Below, piece by piece: positions 1 through 8,472 of a stretch of DNA of 62,475 nucleotides. The notes under the pieces are model-generated. The model did no database searches. It was given only the letters and a program-made list of their open reading frames with translations, and had not been told where the DNA came from. Within the stretch, counting starts at the first letter, position 1, and each line of letters begins with the position of its first letter. This DNA is from a virus (lineage: Duplodnaviria > Caudoviricetes). A program made the translations under genes and the position numbers. The stretch spans positions 1 to 62,475 of IMG/VR virus record IMGVR_UViG_3300048599_000246; one strand, given 5' to 3'.

Positions 1-127
1 GCGGAGTGCAACGTAAAACTCACCCGAGCGGGCGAGACTTTCAGCCGTTTAGCTATTTCGCTCTGCGCGAGGTCTTCGCCGAATTTAAGAGTCGTGACCT
101 CGCACTCCCGCAGCGAGAGCGCGGAGC
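1..127. repeat. Terminal direct repeat (127 bp), identical to 62349-62475; circular-assembly overlap
   Basis: Exact match of the first and last 127 nt; a reading frame runs through the junction. Confidence 0.95.
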
Positions 128-404
128 CGTAGCGCTCCAAGATCCCAAGGGGCGGCGCGGCGGCTGCTATCGCGGGTTCGCGCCCGTCCTCTCGAAGCTC
201 TTCTATCGAGCAAACGACGTGTTGCGCGCGCCGCCGTTCCAACCTCAGAGCGTCAAGCATCGCGCCGCGGGCGCGCATCAGCAGGTACGTGTCTGTCGTT
301 TCGTCGCGCGCTTCGGCGGAAGCGGAGAGTATGGCAGTGTAGCCGATCTGAACTAAATCGTCGCTCCCTATAAACGAGTTGGGAGTATACATCCTTCTCG
401 CCAT
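1..404 (-). CDS. Sigma-70 family RNA polymerase sigma factor (FliA/WhiG-like regions 2 and 4), 5' part; continues across the junction to 62303
   Basis: Manual translation from ATG 404 (alternative GTG 458): MARRMY...DDLVQIGYTAIL...TYLLMRARGAMLDALR (region 2)...LSLRECEVTTLKFGEDLAQSEIAKRLKVSPARVSFTLHSALRKLR (region 4 HTH); absent from the ORF track because the contig ends split it. Confidence 0.85.
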   Translation of the reverse strand, partial: MARRMYTPNSFIGSDDLVQIGYTAILSASAEARDETTDTYLLMRARGAMLDALRLERRRAQHVVCSIEELREDGREPAIAAAAPPLGILERYGSALSLRECEVTTLKFGEDLAQSEIAKRLKVSPARVSFTLHS

Positions 405-430
405 TGAGGCGAGGCGCCGCTGAAAACGGA

Positions 431-760
431 TTACGCTACTTCCGCTGAACTTGCGCACTCGACATGCTCCCGATAGAACGTCCGCAACTCTGCGGCAAGG
501 GCGCGGCAGTTGATCCCGTGCCGGCGCTCAAACTCTTTCTCGCCAAGAACGTGATAACTCTCGGGGCCGAACTGGTGATGGCCGAGCCCGCAAAGCGGGA
601 TGACCGAGTAGTCGCTGGATTTCTGCGACATGCCCTGTGAACCGTCGTGCGTATGCGCTGCCTCGGTATGCGAACGCTGCCGGAGGCCAGCCGGATAGCA
701 GATGGCGCACGGTAGCGTCCGGATCCATGCCCGATATTTCTTGTCACGCGGCGGCTTCAT
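431..760 (-). CDS. DUF968/Ref-like HNH-type zinc nuclease
   Basis: KYRAWIRTLPCAIC...TEAAH...SDYSVIPLC..HH motif pattern; ATG 760 overlaps the upstream stop. Confidence 0.7.
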   Translation of the reverse strand: MKPPRDKKYRAWIRTLPCAICYPAGLRQRSHTEAAHTHDGSQGMSQKSSDYSVIPLCGLGHHQFGPESYHVLGEKEFERRHGINCRALAAELRTFYREHVECASSAEVA

Positions 761-1182
761 GCCGCGGAAAGTCCTTCGAGCAGCGGGCGGCCTGGCGTGC
801 GGCGCGAGGGCACATGCGACCAAACGCGATGTCCCTCGAAGTGGTGCTCGTCGCCATCAACCCCCTGCCATCGGTCAGGGCAACCGGAACCGCCAAGATG
901 TTCGAGGAATGAGTAGCCCTTCGGTATGAAGTCCCGAAGGTTGAATTTCTTACCGATCAGCATGAGGCTGTCCGTATCGCGCAGGAAGAAGGCGAGGCGT
1001 TTGCTCTTCGTGCCGCTCTTGAGGAAAGCGAGCGAACACGGCTCCTGCTCTAGAAGTGCGGGCGCCTCTTTGGGTGTCACGCACCCGAGATAGCGCCCGT
1101 CATCCAACGCGTAAACGAGTATGCGATTCGGCCACTTCACCAGGGCGGCCGGCGCAGGGATCTTCCGCTGGTTGCTTGTCAC
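757..1182 (-). CDS. Hypothetical protein
   Basis: 141 aa ORF coupled (ATGA overlap) to the downstream gene. Confidence 0.6.
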   Translation of the reverse strand: MTSNQRKIPAPAALVKWPNRILVYALDDGRYLGCVTPKEAPALLEQEPCSLAFLKSGTKSKRLAFFLRDTDSLMLIGKKFNLRDFIPKGYSFLEHLGGSGCPDRWQGVDGDEHHFEGHRVWSHVPSRRTPGRPLLEGLSAA

Positions 1183-1685
1183 CGTGTTTATCGTCAGGGC
1201 AGGGAACTCCCGTAAGGGAGATGAGCGCAGAGTTGTTTTTTGGGAGACGCGAAGCTCCCGCCCCGCTCATTGGGGGCATGGGCCATTCGTTTCCGGCCCC
1301 TATATGTATTACGACTTTAGCGGCCGTTTTGTTAACGCCCTCTTGAAAGATAATAAGCCGCCTCGTCAGTTCATGCAACTGCTGACGATGTATCTATGCG
1401 TTTCAGAAGTCGTATTTCGATACTTCTAGAAGTAAGGAATTCCGTCTCTAGTTTTAGAGTATTACTTTATACCGTTCCTCCGTCCTAACGGACGGAAGGC
1501 CTGGGAACCGGGCGGCGCGACGATCCCGGCGAGCCCCGGCCCTCGTTCCGTCCGTCCCGGATCGAAAAACGACGCCCGCCAGGCGAGCCCAGAGCGTCCC
1601 GAGTGGCGAATCCGCGCGAAAACGCCCCAGTAAATTTGTACAACTGTTGGAGATATTTTTTTTACGGCTTTTTTCGGGAAAGTCC

Positions 1686-1714
1686 TTGAAATCTCTTCAG
1701 CAGAAGTATTTAAT
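1686..1714 (+). promoter_or_regulatory. Candidate sigma70 early promoter TTGAAA-N17-TTTAAT with an AT-rich upstream (UP-like) tract
   Basis: Near-consensus hexamers with 17-bp spacing in an AT-rich island between the divergent arms. Confidence 0.6.
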
Positions 1715-1720
1715 AGGAAC

Positions 1721-2230
1721 TTCGGCCGGGCGGTTGGACCGAGTCGATCTCTGAAAATAGAGCGGACAGCCGGGTAGAGGATGGCAGGCGGCGCGCTCGC
1801 GAATAGCTGGACCGGGACCGAGACGCGGAAGCGTAGCGAAGACGGGCGGTGGGAAGCGGGCGAGGATAGCGCAGCCCACTGCCGAGAGGCGGCGGGCAAC
1901 CTTACGGCCGAGAGGCAGCAGGGCACAGAATCGAGACGCCGCCGGAAAGAGAGGCGGACAGAGGAGAACGCGGGAGCCACGCGGTAGACCAGAAAGCACG
2001 CCCAGAGCACGCGCCGCCGAATTGGAACGTGGACAGTCCCCCTCAGGGGTAGGCAAGCCTCTGGTGCGGTCGCCTTCGGGCGGCCCCAAGCAAACGACAG
2101 CGAATGAGGGGCGCGGCACGGTTGACCATAGGGACCGGGAACGGCGGATCTAACGAGATCCCCCCGACGCGCAGCAGGCGCGGTCGGCAGCGACGACGAA
2201 AGGCCTTCCCTCAATCGAGGGAAGGAAATA
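1721..2230 (+). ncRNA. Putative large structured ncRNA or 5' leader
   Basis: No credible ORF; GNRA hairpins at 1823-1834, 1879-1892 and 1907-1916, a cUUCGg hairpin at 2068-2085, and a stem at 2205-2224. Confidence 0.4.
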
Positions 2231-2253
2231 TAATAGAGGAGCGGAAAAGAGAT

Positions 2254-2460
2254 ATGCAGATGACGGACGCACAAGTCCTCACCGTAGTATTAGCGACGGT
2301 CCCGACGTTCGTGGTCGTGATCCTGGGGCTGTTCCTGAACAACTCCAGATTGAACGATCTGAAGGACCTCCTCCGAGCGGAGATGGCGAAGAACCAGGCG
2401 GAATTGCTTCTAAAACTCGCGCAGGTTCATTCGCCCGCTCAGCCGGAAACTTCGCATTAA
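2254..2460 (+). CDS. Small single-pass membrane/coiled-coil protein
   Basis: GAGGAGCGGAAA RBS; hydrophobic N-terminus then NNSRLNDLKDLLRAEM. Confidence 0.7.
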   Translation: MQMTDAQVLTVVLATVPTFVVVILGLFLNNSRLNDLKDLLRAEMAKNQAELLLKLAQVHSPAQPETSH

Positions 2461-2464
2461 CGGA

Positions 2465-2497
2465 ACGGGCGGCCTGATCGCAGGTCGCCCGTTTTCC
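2465..2497 (+). terminator. Hairpin / possible intrinsic terminator
   Basis: acgggcggcctg-atcg-caggtcgcccgt followed by a short T-rich tract. Confidence 0.45.
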
Positions 2498-2556
2498 TCA
2501 CTCCCCTAAAACCCCAACCAGAACGACAAAAAATGACGCGCGATCTTTGCGCGTCC

Positions 2557-2615
2557 ACCCGCAAACACTGGGCGCCTCCACGCGGCGCGGGCGGGATCTC
2601 TATGCCAAGACCCAG
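2557..2615 (+). ncRNA. HDV-like ribozyme copy 1 (short P1 variant)
   Basis: P1 acccgc/gcgggc, P2 ctggg/cccag, P3 gcc/ggc, L3 tccacgc, P1.1 GG, J4/2 CCAA. Confidence 0.65.
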
Positions 2616-2639
2616 AACGGTGACAGGAGCGGAAATCCT

Positions 2640-2894
2640 ATGACAAATGCGAATCTGAAGCGTCGCAACGACTATGCGCAGCGGCGCCTGGTCGAGTTGA
2701 GCGCGCCCACCTTGGAGCGCGCCGAATTCGTCCCGGCGAGGACGATTATGGAAGCCGGCGCACGCTTGGCGCGGCAGATCCGGATTGAGCATGAGCGGGT
2801 GGGACTCCTCCGGCGCTCGTGCGGCGGGAGCGGCCGGACGGTGGACGCGAGCGCCTATCACTACGATTCGCGCGCCACGCAGCCGGCAAGATAG
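2640..2894 (+). CDS. Hypothetical early protein
   Basis: AGGAGCGGAAA RBS directly after ribozyme 1. Confidence 0.65.
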   Translation: MTNANLKRRNDYAQRRLVELSAPTLERAEFVPARTIMEAGARLARQIRIEHERVGLLRRSCGGSGRTVDASAYHYDSRATQPAR

Positions 2895-2906
2895 ATCGGA
2901 GCGGCC

Positions 2907-3152
2907 ATGACCATCACAATCAGCAACGATTACCACGGAACGAAAACCACGGCCCGCGTGGGCGAAGATGGAAAACTCAGCAAGCGCCAGATATACCGGA
3001 TCCGCCGGGCGCTGTGCGGTATGCCAGAATGCCGGTGCGGTCAAGGCCCCTTGAAACAACTTGGGCCGCAAGAACTGTTGCCAAACGGGGAACGCTGGGC
3101 GGCCGAGGACATGGGTCGCCTTGGCGTGGTGATCCGTATCTACCCGTTCTAA
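2907..3152 (+). CDS. Hypothetical early protein (CxxxxCxC motif)
   Basis: GGAGCGG RBS; ALCGMPECRCG. Confidence 0.65.
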   Translation: MTITISNDYHGTKTTARVGEDGKLSKRQIYRIRRALCGMPECRCGQGPLKQLGPQELLPNGERWAAEDMGRLGVVIRIYPF

Positions 3153-3214
3153 CCCCAACTAAAGTGTCCCTTTCGGGGCGGCGTCCTGCCGCCCCGGTCC
3201 CCTGAAATCTAATT

Positions 3215-3276
3215 GCCCCGCAAGAAACCGGGCGCCTCCACGTGGCGCGGGGTGGAAGCTGTACGCGAAGTCCCGG
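3215..3276 (+). ncRNA. HDV-like ribozyme copy 2
   Basis: P1 gccccgc/gcggggt (G-U wobble at the cleavage site), P2 ccggg/cccgg, P3 gcc/ggc, L3 tccacgt, GG, J4/2 CGAA. Confidence 0.8.
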
Positions 3277-3305
3277 CCAAACGACAACGGAGAGGGAGCG
3301 GAAAA

Positions 3306-4346
3306 ATGGCAGCGAGAAAGAAGTCCACAAAGAAGGCAGCAACTGTCTGCCCGAGCGATCCGGAAGACGCGCGGACGGCGCTGGAACTCGGGGTGCTGAC
3401 AGTGGGCGCGTTGTACCGCGTCACACGGACGGAAACGGATTTCGATTTTCTGGAGGGCGACCTGCTGAGGTTCATGTCCGCCGATGGCCGCCGGTATTCG
3501 TTCACGGATGAAGCGGGCTCACTGGTTACCGTTGTGGCAACCGAGGACCAACTGTCGTCCATCCTGGAGTCCAGCGACAGGCCACGAGCGGCGGCGCCCG
3601 CAGAGGAACTTGAAGGGCGAGACAACGCGTGCCGGACGTGCGGTGCCAAATACGCCGATGGCGGCGACGGGTTCGATGGCGAATGCCCTTCCTGCGCTGA
3701 CCGGAGAGCCGCGGCGGCGGAGGAAAACGGCACATCCACTGTCGAGACGGTGACCGAGGACCCCCCCGAGAGCGCGGCCCCGGCCGTGGAGCCTGGCAAG
3801 AGGGGGAAACGGACGAAGGCGACCCCGAAGACGAAGGGCGGCAAGAAGGGCAAGAAGACGCCCCAGACGGTCCCCGAGTCGGCGCCGGTGGAAGCGTCCG
3901 CGGAGGCCCCGGCGGCGGCCCCGGAACCGTCCCAGGCCCCGGCGGCGCAGGTCGAGACGGGCGACCCGGTGCTCGAAGCGGGGCTCGAAGCGCACGTGGC
4001 CGCGGCGGTCGCCGCCAAAGTGGAAGCGATCGAGGTCCCGAAAACGGACGCCTGGGAACCGGATATCTTGTTCGTCCGGCTGAAGGGCGACATTGTGGCG
4101 CTGGTGGCCGCGGGGAACGTCGCGGAAGCGGTGCGGCGTCTGAAACTCGCGCTCTGCCCGCCGGAAGCGAAAGAGCGGAAGCCGCGCGAGCCGAAGGCCC
4201 CGAAAGTGGATGGTCCGTGCAAGTGCCCGGTTTGCGGCGCCGGATCGGGGAATCGGCAAGGCGTAGTGGCGCATCTCCGGACGAAGCACGGGTACACGAG
4301 GGAACAATGGCAAGCCGCGATGGCAACACCCGCAGCGGCGGCCTAA
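3306..4346 (+). CDS. Low-complexity (Ala/Pro/Lys) protein with a C4 zinc ribbon and a C-terminal C2H2 zinc finger
   Basis: CRTC...CPSC and CPVC...HLRTKH; GGGAGCGGAAAA RBS. Confidence 0.7.
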   Translation: MAARKKSTKKAATVCPSDPEDARTALELGVLTVGALYRVTRTETDFDFLEGDLLRFMSADGRRYSFTDEAGSLVTVVATEDQLSSILESSDRPRAAAPAEELEGRDNACRTCGAKYADGGDGFDGECPSCADRRAAAAEENGTSTVETVTEDPPESAAPAVEPGKRGKRTKATPKTKGGKKGKKTPQTVPESAPVEASAEAPAAAPEPSQAPAAQVETGDPVLEAGLEAHVAAAVAAKVEAIEVPKTDAWEPDILFVRLKGDIVALVAAGNVAEAVRRLKLALCPPEAKERKPREPKAPKVDGPCKCPVCGAGSGNRQGVVAHLRTKHGYTREQWQAAMATPAAAA

Positions 4347-4351
4347 CAGGT

Positions 4352-4777
4352 TTGCAGTTGCCGCTCCTCGGAGGCGGGCGCCCCGCGGTGCTCGCCTCCG
4401 CTTGTTTGTGCGGGCAGCGTTGCCGGTGGCACGGGAAGCCGACGAGCAAGCACCCGCGCGTGCGAGCACTGGAGCGAAGCGGCGAGACGGTTGTACCGAT
4501 CTGCCCCGAGATGCTGGGCGGACTCCCTTGTCCTCGGCCACCAGTCACACGGCGGCGCGGGCGACTATACCAGACGGACGCGGAGACGCGCACGCTGCGA
4601 GGCCGCGACGTAACGGCGGCGTTCGAGCGCGGCGCGGCGGAAGCGGTGCGGATCGCGCGCGAGACGGGCGCGACAGAAGCGTACCTCTGCATGCGGTCGC
4701 CGTCGTGCGATCCGGACGGCGGAGTAACGGCCCGCGCGCTGGCGGCGGCCGGGTTGAAATTGTACGGACTGTTTTGA
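4352..4777 (+). CDS. DUF523 family protein (2-thiouracil desulfurase/TudS-like, Fe-S)
   Basis: SACLCGQRCRWHG, PICPEMLGGLPCPR, GRDVT..F..GA and RSPSC motifs; start uncertain. Confidence 0.8.
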   Translation: MQLPLLGGGRPAVLASACLCGQRCRWHGKPTSKHPRVRALERSGETVVPICPEMLGGLPCPRPPVTRRRGRLYQTDAETRTLRGRDVTAAFERGAAEAVRIARETGATEAYLCMRSPSCDPDGGVTARALAAAGLKLYGLF

Positions 4778-4793
4778 CGAAAGGGTGCATTGA

Positions 4794-4967
4794 ATGCGAG
4801 ACAAAGTGAAGGTCACGATCACATCGGAAGACGGAGAAGTTCTGGACGACTTCACCGTTTGCCATTGGCGCTACGACTGCGGCGACGACGACCAGGAGAA
4901 CATCGGGTCCCGGGCGTCGGAAGCGCTCTTCCTGGACCGCTTTCGCCGCGTAGTGAAAGCACACTGA
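4794..4967 (+). CDS. Small hypothetical protein (57 aa, MRDKVKVTITSEDGEVLDDF...)
   Basis: Manual translation; fills the gap and ends just before the hairpin of ribozyme 3. Confidence 0.6.
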   Translation: MRDKVKVTITSEDGEVLDDFTVCHWRYDCGDDDQENIGSRASEALFLDRFRRVVKAH

Positions 4968-4990
4968 GGAAACGGCGGCGAGAGCCGCCA

Positions 4991-5048
4991 GCCCCGCAAA
5001 GACCGGACGCCTCCACGTGGCGCGGGGTGGGCAGTGCCAAGGACGGTC
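4991..5048 (+). ncRNA. HDV-like ribozyme copy 3 (P4-less minimal)
   Basis: P1 gccccgc/gcggggt, P2 gaccg/cggtc, P3 gcc/ggc, L3 tccacgt, GG, 6-nt linker, J4/2 CCAA. Confidence 0.8.
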
Positions 5049-5074
5049 GACCATAACAAGGAGCGGAAAATACC

Positions 5075-5599
5075 ATGACTTATAAGTTTCTGTCGGCGGA
5101 CACGCCGGATATAGAGAAAGTGGCTGCGACGATTCCGGACTTGGAGGATTTCTTCCAGGCGGCGCTCGACTACAGCGAGCTAGGGAAGGGCAAGTCCCTG
5201 GATTTCGCGATGGGAGTAGACGCCAAGTTTGCCCTACCGAGCACTGAATTCTCGCAAGCGTTAATCGACAAGATGTTCGACCTCTCGCGCGTGATTACGC
5301 CCAAGGGCGCCATCGGCAGCAGCTTCCTGACCGGCTTCAGTTTCGGCGCGTTGTACTATGCCGCGACCGCGGAGCCCACGCGTGAAACCCTCGCGCAGGT
5401 TTCGGACCTCCGCCACGTCTGGCTGGAACTTAAAGCGGCACGTGCCACGGCGGCGGCGGCAGCGGCAGAAGAGAAACACGAACAGCCCGAACCGGCGGCC
5501 CAGAGCAGCAACGACCTGGACATCAAGATCACGGTCAACGGGCAGACCGTCAAGCCGGGCCAGGCTATCACTATCCCGATAAACGGGTCCGCCTCGTAA
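5075..5599 (+). CDS. Hypothetical early protein
   Basis: AAGGAGCGGAAAA RBS after ribozyme 3. Confidence 0.7.
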   Translation: MTYKFLSADTPDIEKVAATIPDLEDFFQAALDYSELGKGKSLDFAMGVDAKFALPSTEFSQALIDKMFDLSRVITPKGAIGSSFLTGFSFGALYYAATAEPTRETLAQVSDLRHVWLELKAARATAAAAAAEEKHEQPEPAAQSSNDLDIKITVNGQTVKPGQAITIPINGSAS

Positions 5600-5654
5600 C
5601 TTTCCTCCGCAGAACTTCTCCTTAGTCTGTCCCCCGGTTTGCCGCCGGGGGATT

Positions 5655-5717
5655 GCCCCGCAAACATACGGGCGCCTCCACGCGGCGCGGGGTGTAGCTG
5701 TACGCCAAGACCCGATG
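5655..5717 (+). ncRNA. HDV-like ribozyme copy 4
   Basis: P1 gccccgc/gcggggt, P2 cat.cggg/cccgatg, P3 gcc/ggc, L3 tccacgc, single-G P1.1, J4/2 CCAA. Confidence 0.75.
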
Positions 5718-5729
5718 AAGGGAGCGGAA

Positions 5730-6656
5730 ATGCAGGCAGCGAAATTGGTGAGCGCCCCGGAGGTTCTTCCCCCGGAAGCGTGCGATTTCTCGGCGTTCGT
5801 CGCCGAACGCGGACGGCCGCCGTTCCTCGGCGATCAGCCCGCACCGTGGCACTATCGGGGCTGGCTGCTCTGGTACGTGCTGCTGGCGCAGGAGACGCAT
5901 CCGGACGTGCCCGACCGTTGGGGATATTGGGCGCGAACGATGCAGGCGGGGCGGCTGCTAGACGAACCGATCCCGCGCGTCGAATTCTCGGACTCGGCCG
6001 ATGCGGCGGTGACTCGCGACCTTGAAAAGTGGATCGGCATTCTCGATGAGAAGTTCGGAAGTTGGTCCAGTCTGTATCGGTTGCTCGATTGGCTGGCCTG
6101 GGGCCTGGCGGTTTCGCAGGAAGACCCCGACCTGTCGGAAGATGTTTCCGAAAAACTGTACCGCGCGGTGGACATCGGGCCGATGCTACTTCACCCGCAC
6201 GACTACCTGGGGAATTGCCTCGCCGAGTTGAAATCGGGCGGGCATGGGAAATGGAAGAACCCAAGCGGGTTCTACCCGACGCCGCATTGCGTAGTCGAGT
6301 GCATGGTCCGGATGACGATGGCCGACAGCAAAGGCCAGGATATGCGGCGCGCGAGCGTATGCGATCCCTGCGTAGGGACGGGCCGAATGCTGCTCCACGC
6401 GAGCAACTACAGTCTGAACCTCTGGGGAATGGATATCGACCCGGTTGTGACTCGGGCCTGCCTGATAAACGGCGCATTGTATGCGCCCTGGCTGGTGCGG
6501 CCGTTTCCTCCGTCGATTCTGGAGCGGACGCCGATTGCACTTCCACCGCCGGCCCCGTTGCCGGTCCCTCCAGAATATACGCCGGTCGACGGCGCGCCAG
6601 TGTTTCGCTGTGACGACCTCGGCCGCGGCCTTCTCCCTTTCATGCTTGACGAGTAA
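5730..6656 (+). CDS. N6-adenine DNA methyltransferase-like protein (HsdM-type SAM-binding region)
   Basis: GFYPTP and DPCVGTGRMLL (motifs X/I), GMDID; no NPPY-type motif seen. Confidence 0.7.
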   Translation: MQAAKLVSAPEVLPPEACDFSAFVAERGRPPFLGDQPAPWHYRGWLLWYVLLAQETHPDVPDRWGYWARTMQAGRLLDEPIPRVEFSDSADAAVTRDLEKWIGILDEKFGSWSSLYRLLDWLAWGLAVSQEDPDLSEDVSEKLYRAVDIGPMLLHPHDYLGNCLAELKSGGHGKWKNPSGFYPTPHCVVECMVRMTMADSKGQDMRRASVCDPCVGTGRMLLHASNYSLNLWGMDIDPVVTRACLINGALYAPWLVRPFPPSILERTPIALPPPAPLPVPPEYTPVDGAPVFRCDDLGRGLLPFMLDE

Positions 6657-6673
6657 CCCGGCGGAAGCCGGGA

Positions 6674-6729
6674 ACCCCGCAATACCGGAAGCGTCCACGT
6701 TCGCGCGGGGCGGGTTGCGCCAATTCCGG
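6674..6729 (+). ncRNA. HDV-like ribozyme copy 5
   Basis: P1 accccgc/gcggggc, P2 ccggaa/ttccgg, P3 gcg/cgc (compensatory change), L3 tccacgtt, GG, J4/2 CCAA. Confidence 0.75.
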
Positions 6730-6756
6730 ACGGTGACTTAGGAGCGGAAAACGAAA

Positions 6757-8241
6757 ATGACAACGCAATTCCTGAAGTCTTTCAAGGCGGCGCGCCGAGT
6801 GAGCACGCCGATAATCGCTATCGGTACTCCCGACCCCGCGGCGACGATACAGAATGTCGTCAGGGCGCTGAACGGTTCCGCGCCCCCGGTGATCCAGTGG
6901 GACATCGCGCGCGGCGTGACACCGTGCAATCAGCAGGGCGGTCAGGCCATCGCGGCGATCTTTGGCGACCCGAGCGTAGAGACGAACCCGGCCGAATTCC
7001 TGATGAAAGCCGCCCAACTCCCCGAGGCCGTCTGCCTGTTCTTCCACAACGCGCAGCGATACCTGAAGAATGAGGCCGTTGTGCAGGCGGTTTGGAACCT
7101 GCGCGATCAGTTCAAGGCGGATCGGCGGACATTGGTTCTACTCTGCCCCGCGGGCGGAATGGTGGTGCCGGTGGAATTGGCAAACGACGTTCTCACGCTG
7201 GACGAACCGCTCCCGACGCTCGCGGAATTGGGCGGCATCGTAAAAGAGCAGTTCGATTCAGCGGACCTCCCGGTGCCGAAACCTGAGGACGTAGAGCGCG
7301 CGACAGATGCGTTATGCGGTCTGGCCGCATTCCCGGCTGAACAGGCGACGGCCATGTCGCTCACCGCGGAAGGCCTCGACTTCGATGCCTTATGGGAGCG
7401 CAAGCGCAAGATGATTGAACAGACCCCCGGTCTGTCGGTCTGGCGTGGCGGCGAGACGTTCGACCAAATCGGCGGATGCGGAAACGTGAAGCAGTTCATG
7501 GTTGACGTACTCCGCGGCGCAGATTCCCCGCGCGGGATCGTCTTCATTGACGAAATAGAGAAAGCGGTTTCGGGGACAGGTCCGGACTTGTCCGGAGTGT
7601 CCACCGAGATGCTGGGAACGTTGCTGACGTGGATGCAGGACAACCAGGCGACGGGCGTTATTTTCATCGGGCCTCCCGGAGCGGCCAAGTCCGCCGTCGC
7701 GAAAGCGACCGGCAACACGGCGGGCGTCCCCACTATTCAGTTCGACCTGTCGGGGATGAAAGCATCGCTGGTGGGAGAAAGCGGCGCCCGGTTGCGCCAG
7801 GCGCTGAAGGTGGTCGAGGCAGTCACCCAGAACCGCACGTTGTTCGTTGCGACATGCAACTCTATCGGCGCGTTGCCCCCGGAACTCCGCAGGCGTTTCA
7901 CGTTCGGCACGTTTTTCTTCGACCTCCCGGACGCGGAGGAACGCGCGACCATCTGGGAAATCTACTGCAAAAAATTCGGCGTTGGCGGCGAACTTCCATC
8001 AGACGAAGGCTGGACCGGCGCGGAAATCCGGCAATGCTGCGACCTCGCGCGACGGTTGAAGTGTTCACTCGAACGGGCTTCGCATTTCATCGTTCCCGTC
8101 TGCCGTAGCGCAGCGGAGCAGATTGAACGACTGCGGACGCAGGCGTCCGGCAAGTTCACTAGTGCGAGTCATGACGGCCCGTATCGCTTCGAGCAGAAAC
8201 GCGCGGCGGCGACGGGGCGCGCTATCGCGATGGGGGAATAG
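6757..8241 (+). CDS. Ycf46/SpoVK-type AAA+ ATPase with swapped Walker A/B segments
   Basis: ETFDQIGG, FIDEIEK...LLTWMQD, then GPPGAAKS, VGESG, FVATCNSI..LPPEL.RRF...FFFDLP, WTGAEI. Confidence 0.85.
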   Translation: MTTQFLKSFKAARRVSTPIIAIGTPDPAATIQNVVRALNGSAPPVIQWDIARGVTPCNQQGGQAIAAIFGDPSVETNPAEFLMKAAQLPEAVCLFFHNAQRYLKNEAVVQAVWNLRDQFKADRRTLVLLCPAGGMVVPVELANDVLTLDEPLPTLAELGGIVKEQFDSADLPVPKPEDVERATDALCGLAAFPAEQATAMSLTAEGLDFDALWERKRKMIEQTPGLSVWRGGETFDQIGGCGNVKQFMVDVLRGADSPRGIVFIDEIEKAVSGTGPDLSGVSTEMLGTLLTWMQDNQATGVIFIGPPGAAKSAVAKATGNTAGVPTIQFDLSGMKASLVGESGARLRQALKVVEAVTQNRTLFVATCNSIGALPPELRRRFTFGTFFFDLPDAEERATIWEIYCKKFGVGGELPSDEGWTGAEIRQCCDLARRLKCSLERASHFIVPVCRSAAEQIERLRTQASGKFTSASHDGPYRFEQKRAAATGRAIAMGE

Positions 8242-8472
8242 GCGGTGTTGCCCCACGATCAGAGGAGCAGCACGCCGTTGCTTCATTCACTGCACCCGAA
8301 TCGAACACGAGGGGTTTCGAGGACCGGAACTGGCGGAAGTTTGAACGAAACGAGCCGTCTGCTGGTGGGCCTCGCTTGGATGCGCACGGCGGAAATCGGC
8401 GTGCTTCACAATCGCGAATTCGAGCGGCGGGTCCACGTTCGGCACGACCCCGATATGGAGAGCTTCTAGACC

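Noticed and set aside
1-127. Biological terminal repeat of the virion DNA
   Set aside because: 127 bp matches a common assembler k-mer overlap and falls in the middle of the sigma factor gene
8395-8455. Seventh HDV-like ribozyme around gtccacgttc
   Set aside because: L3-like sequence present but P1/P3 pairing is poor, and no P1.1 GG, J4/2 or P2 was found
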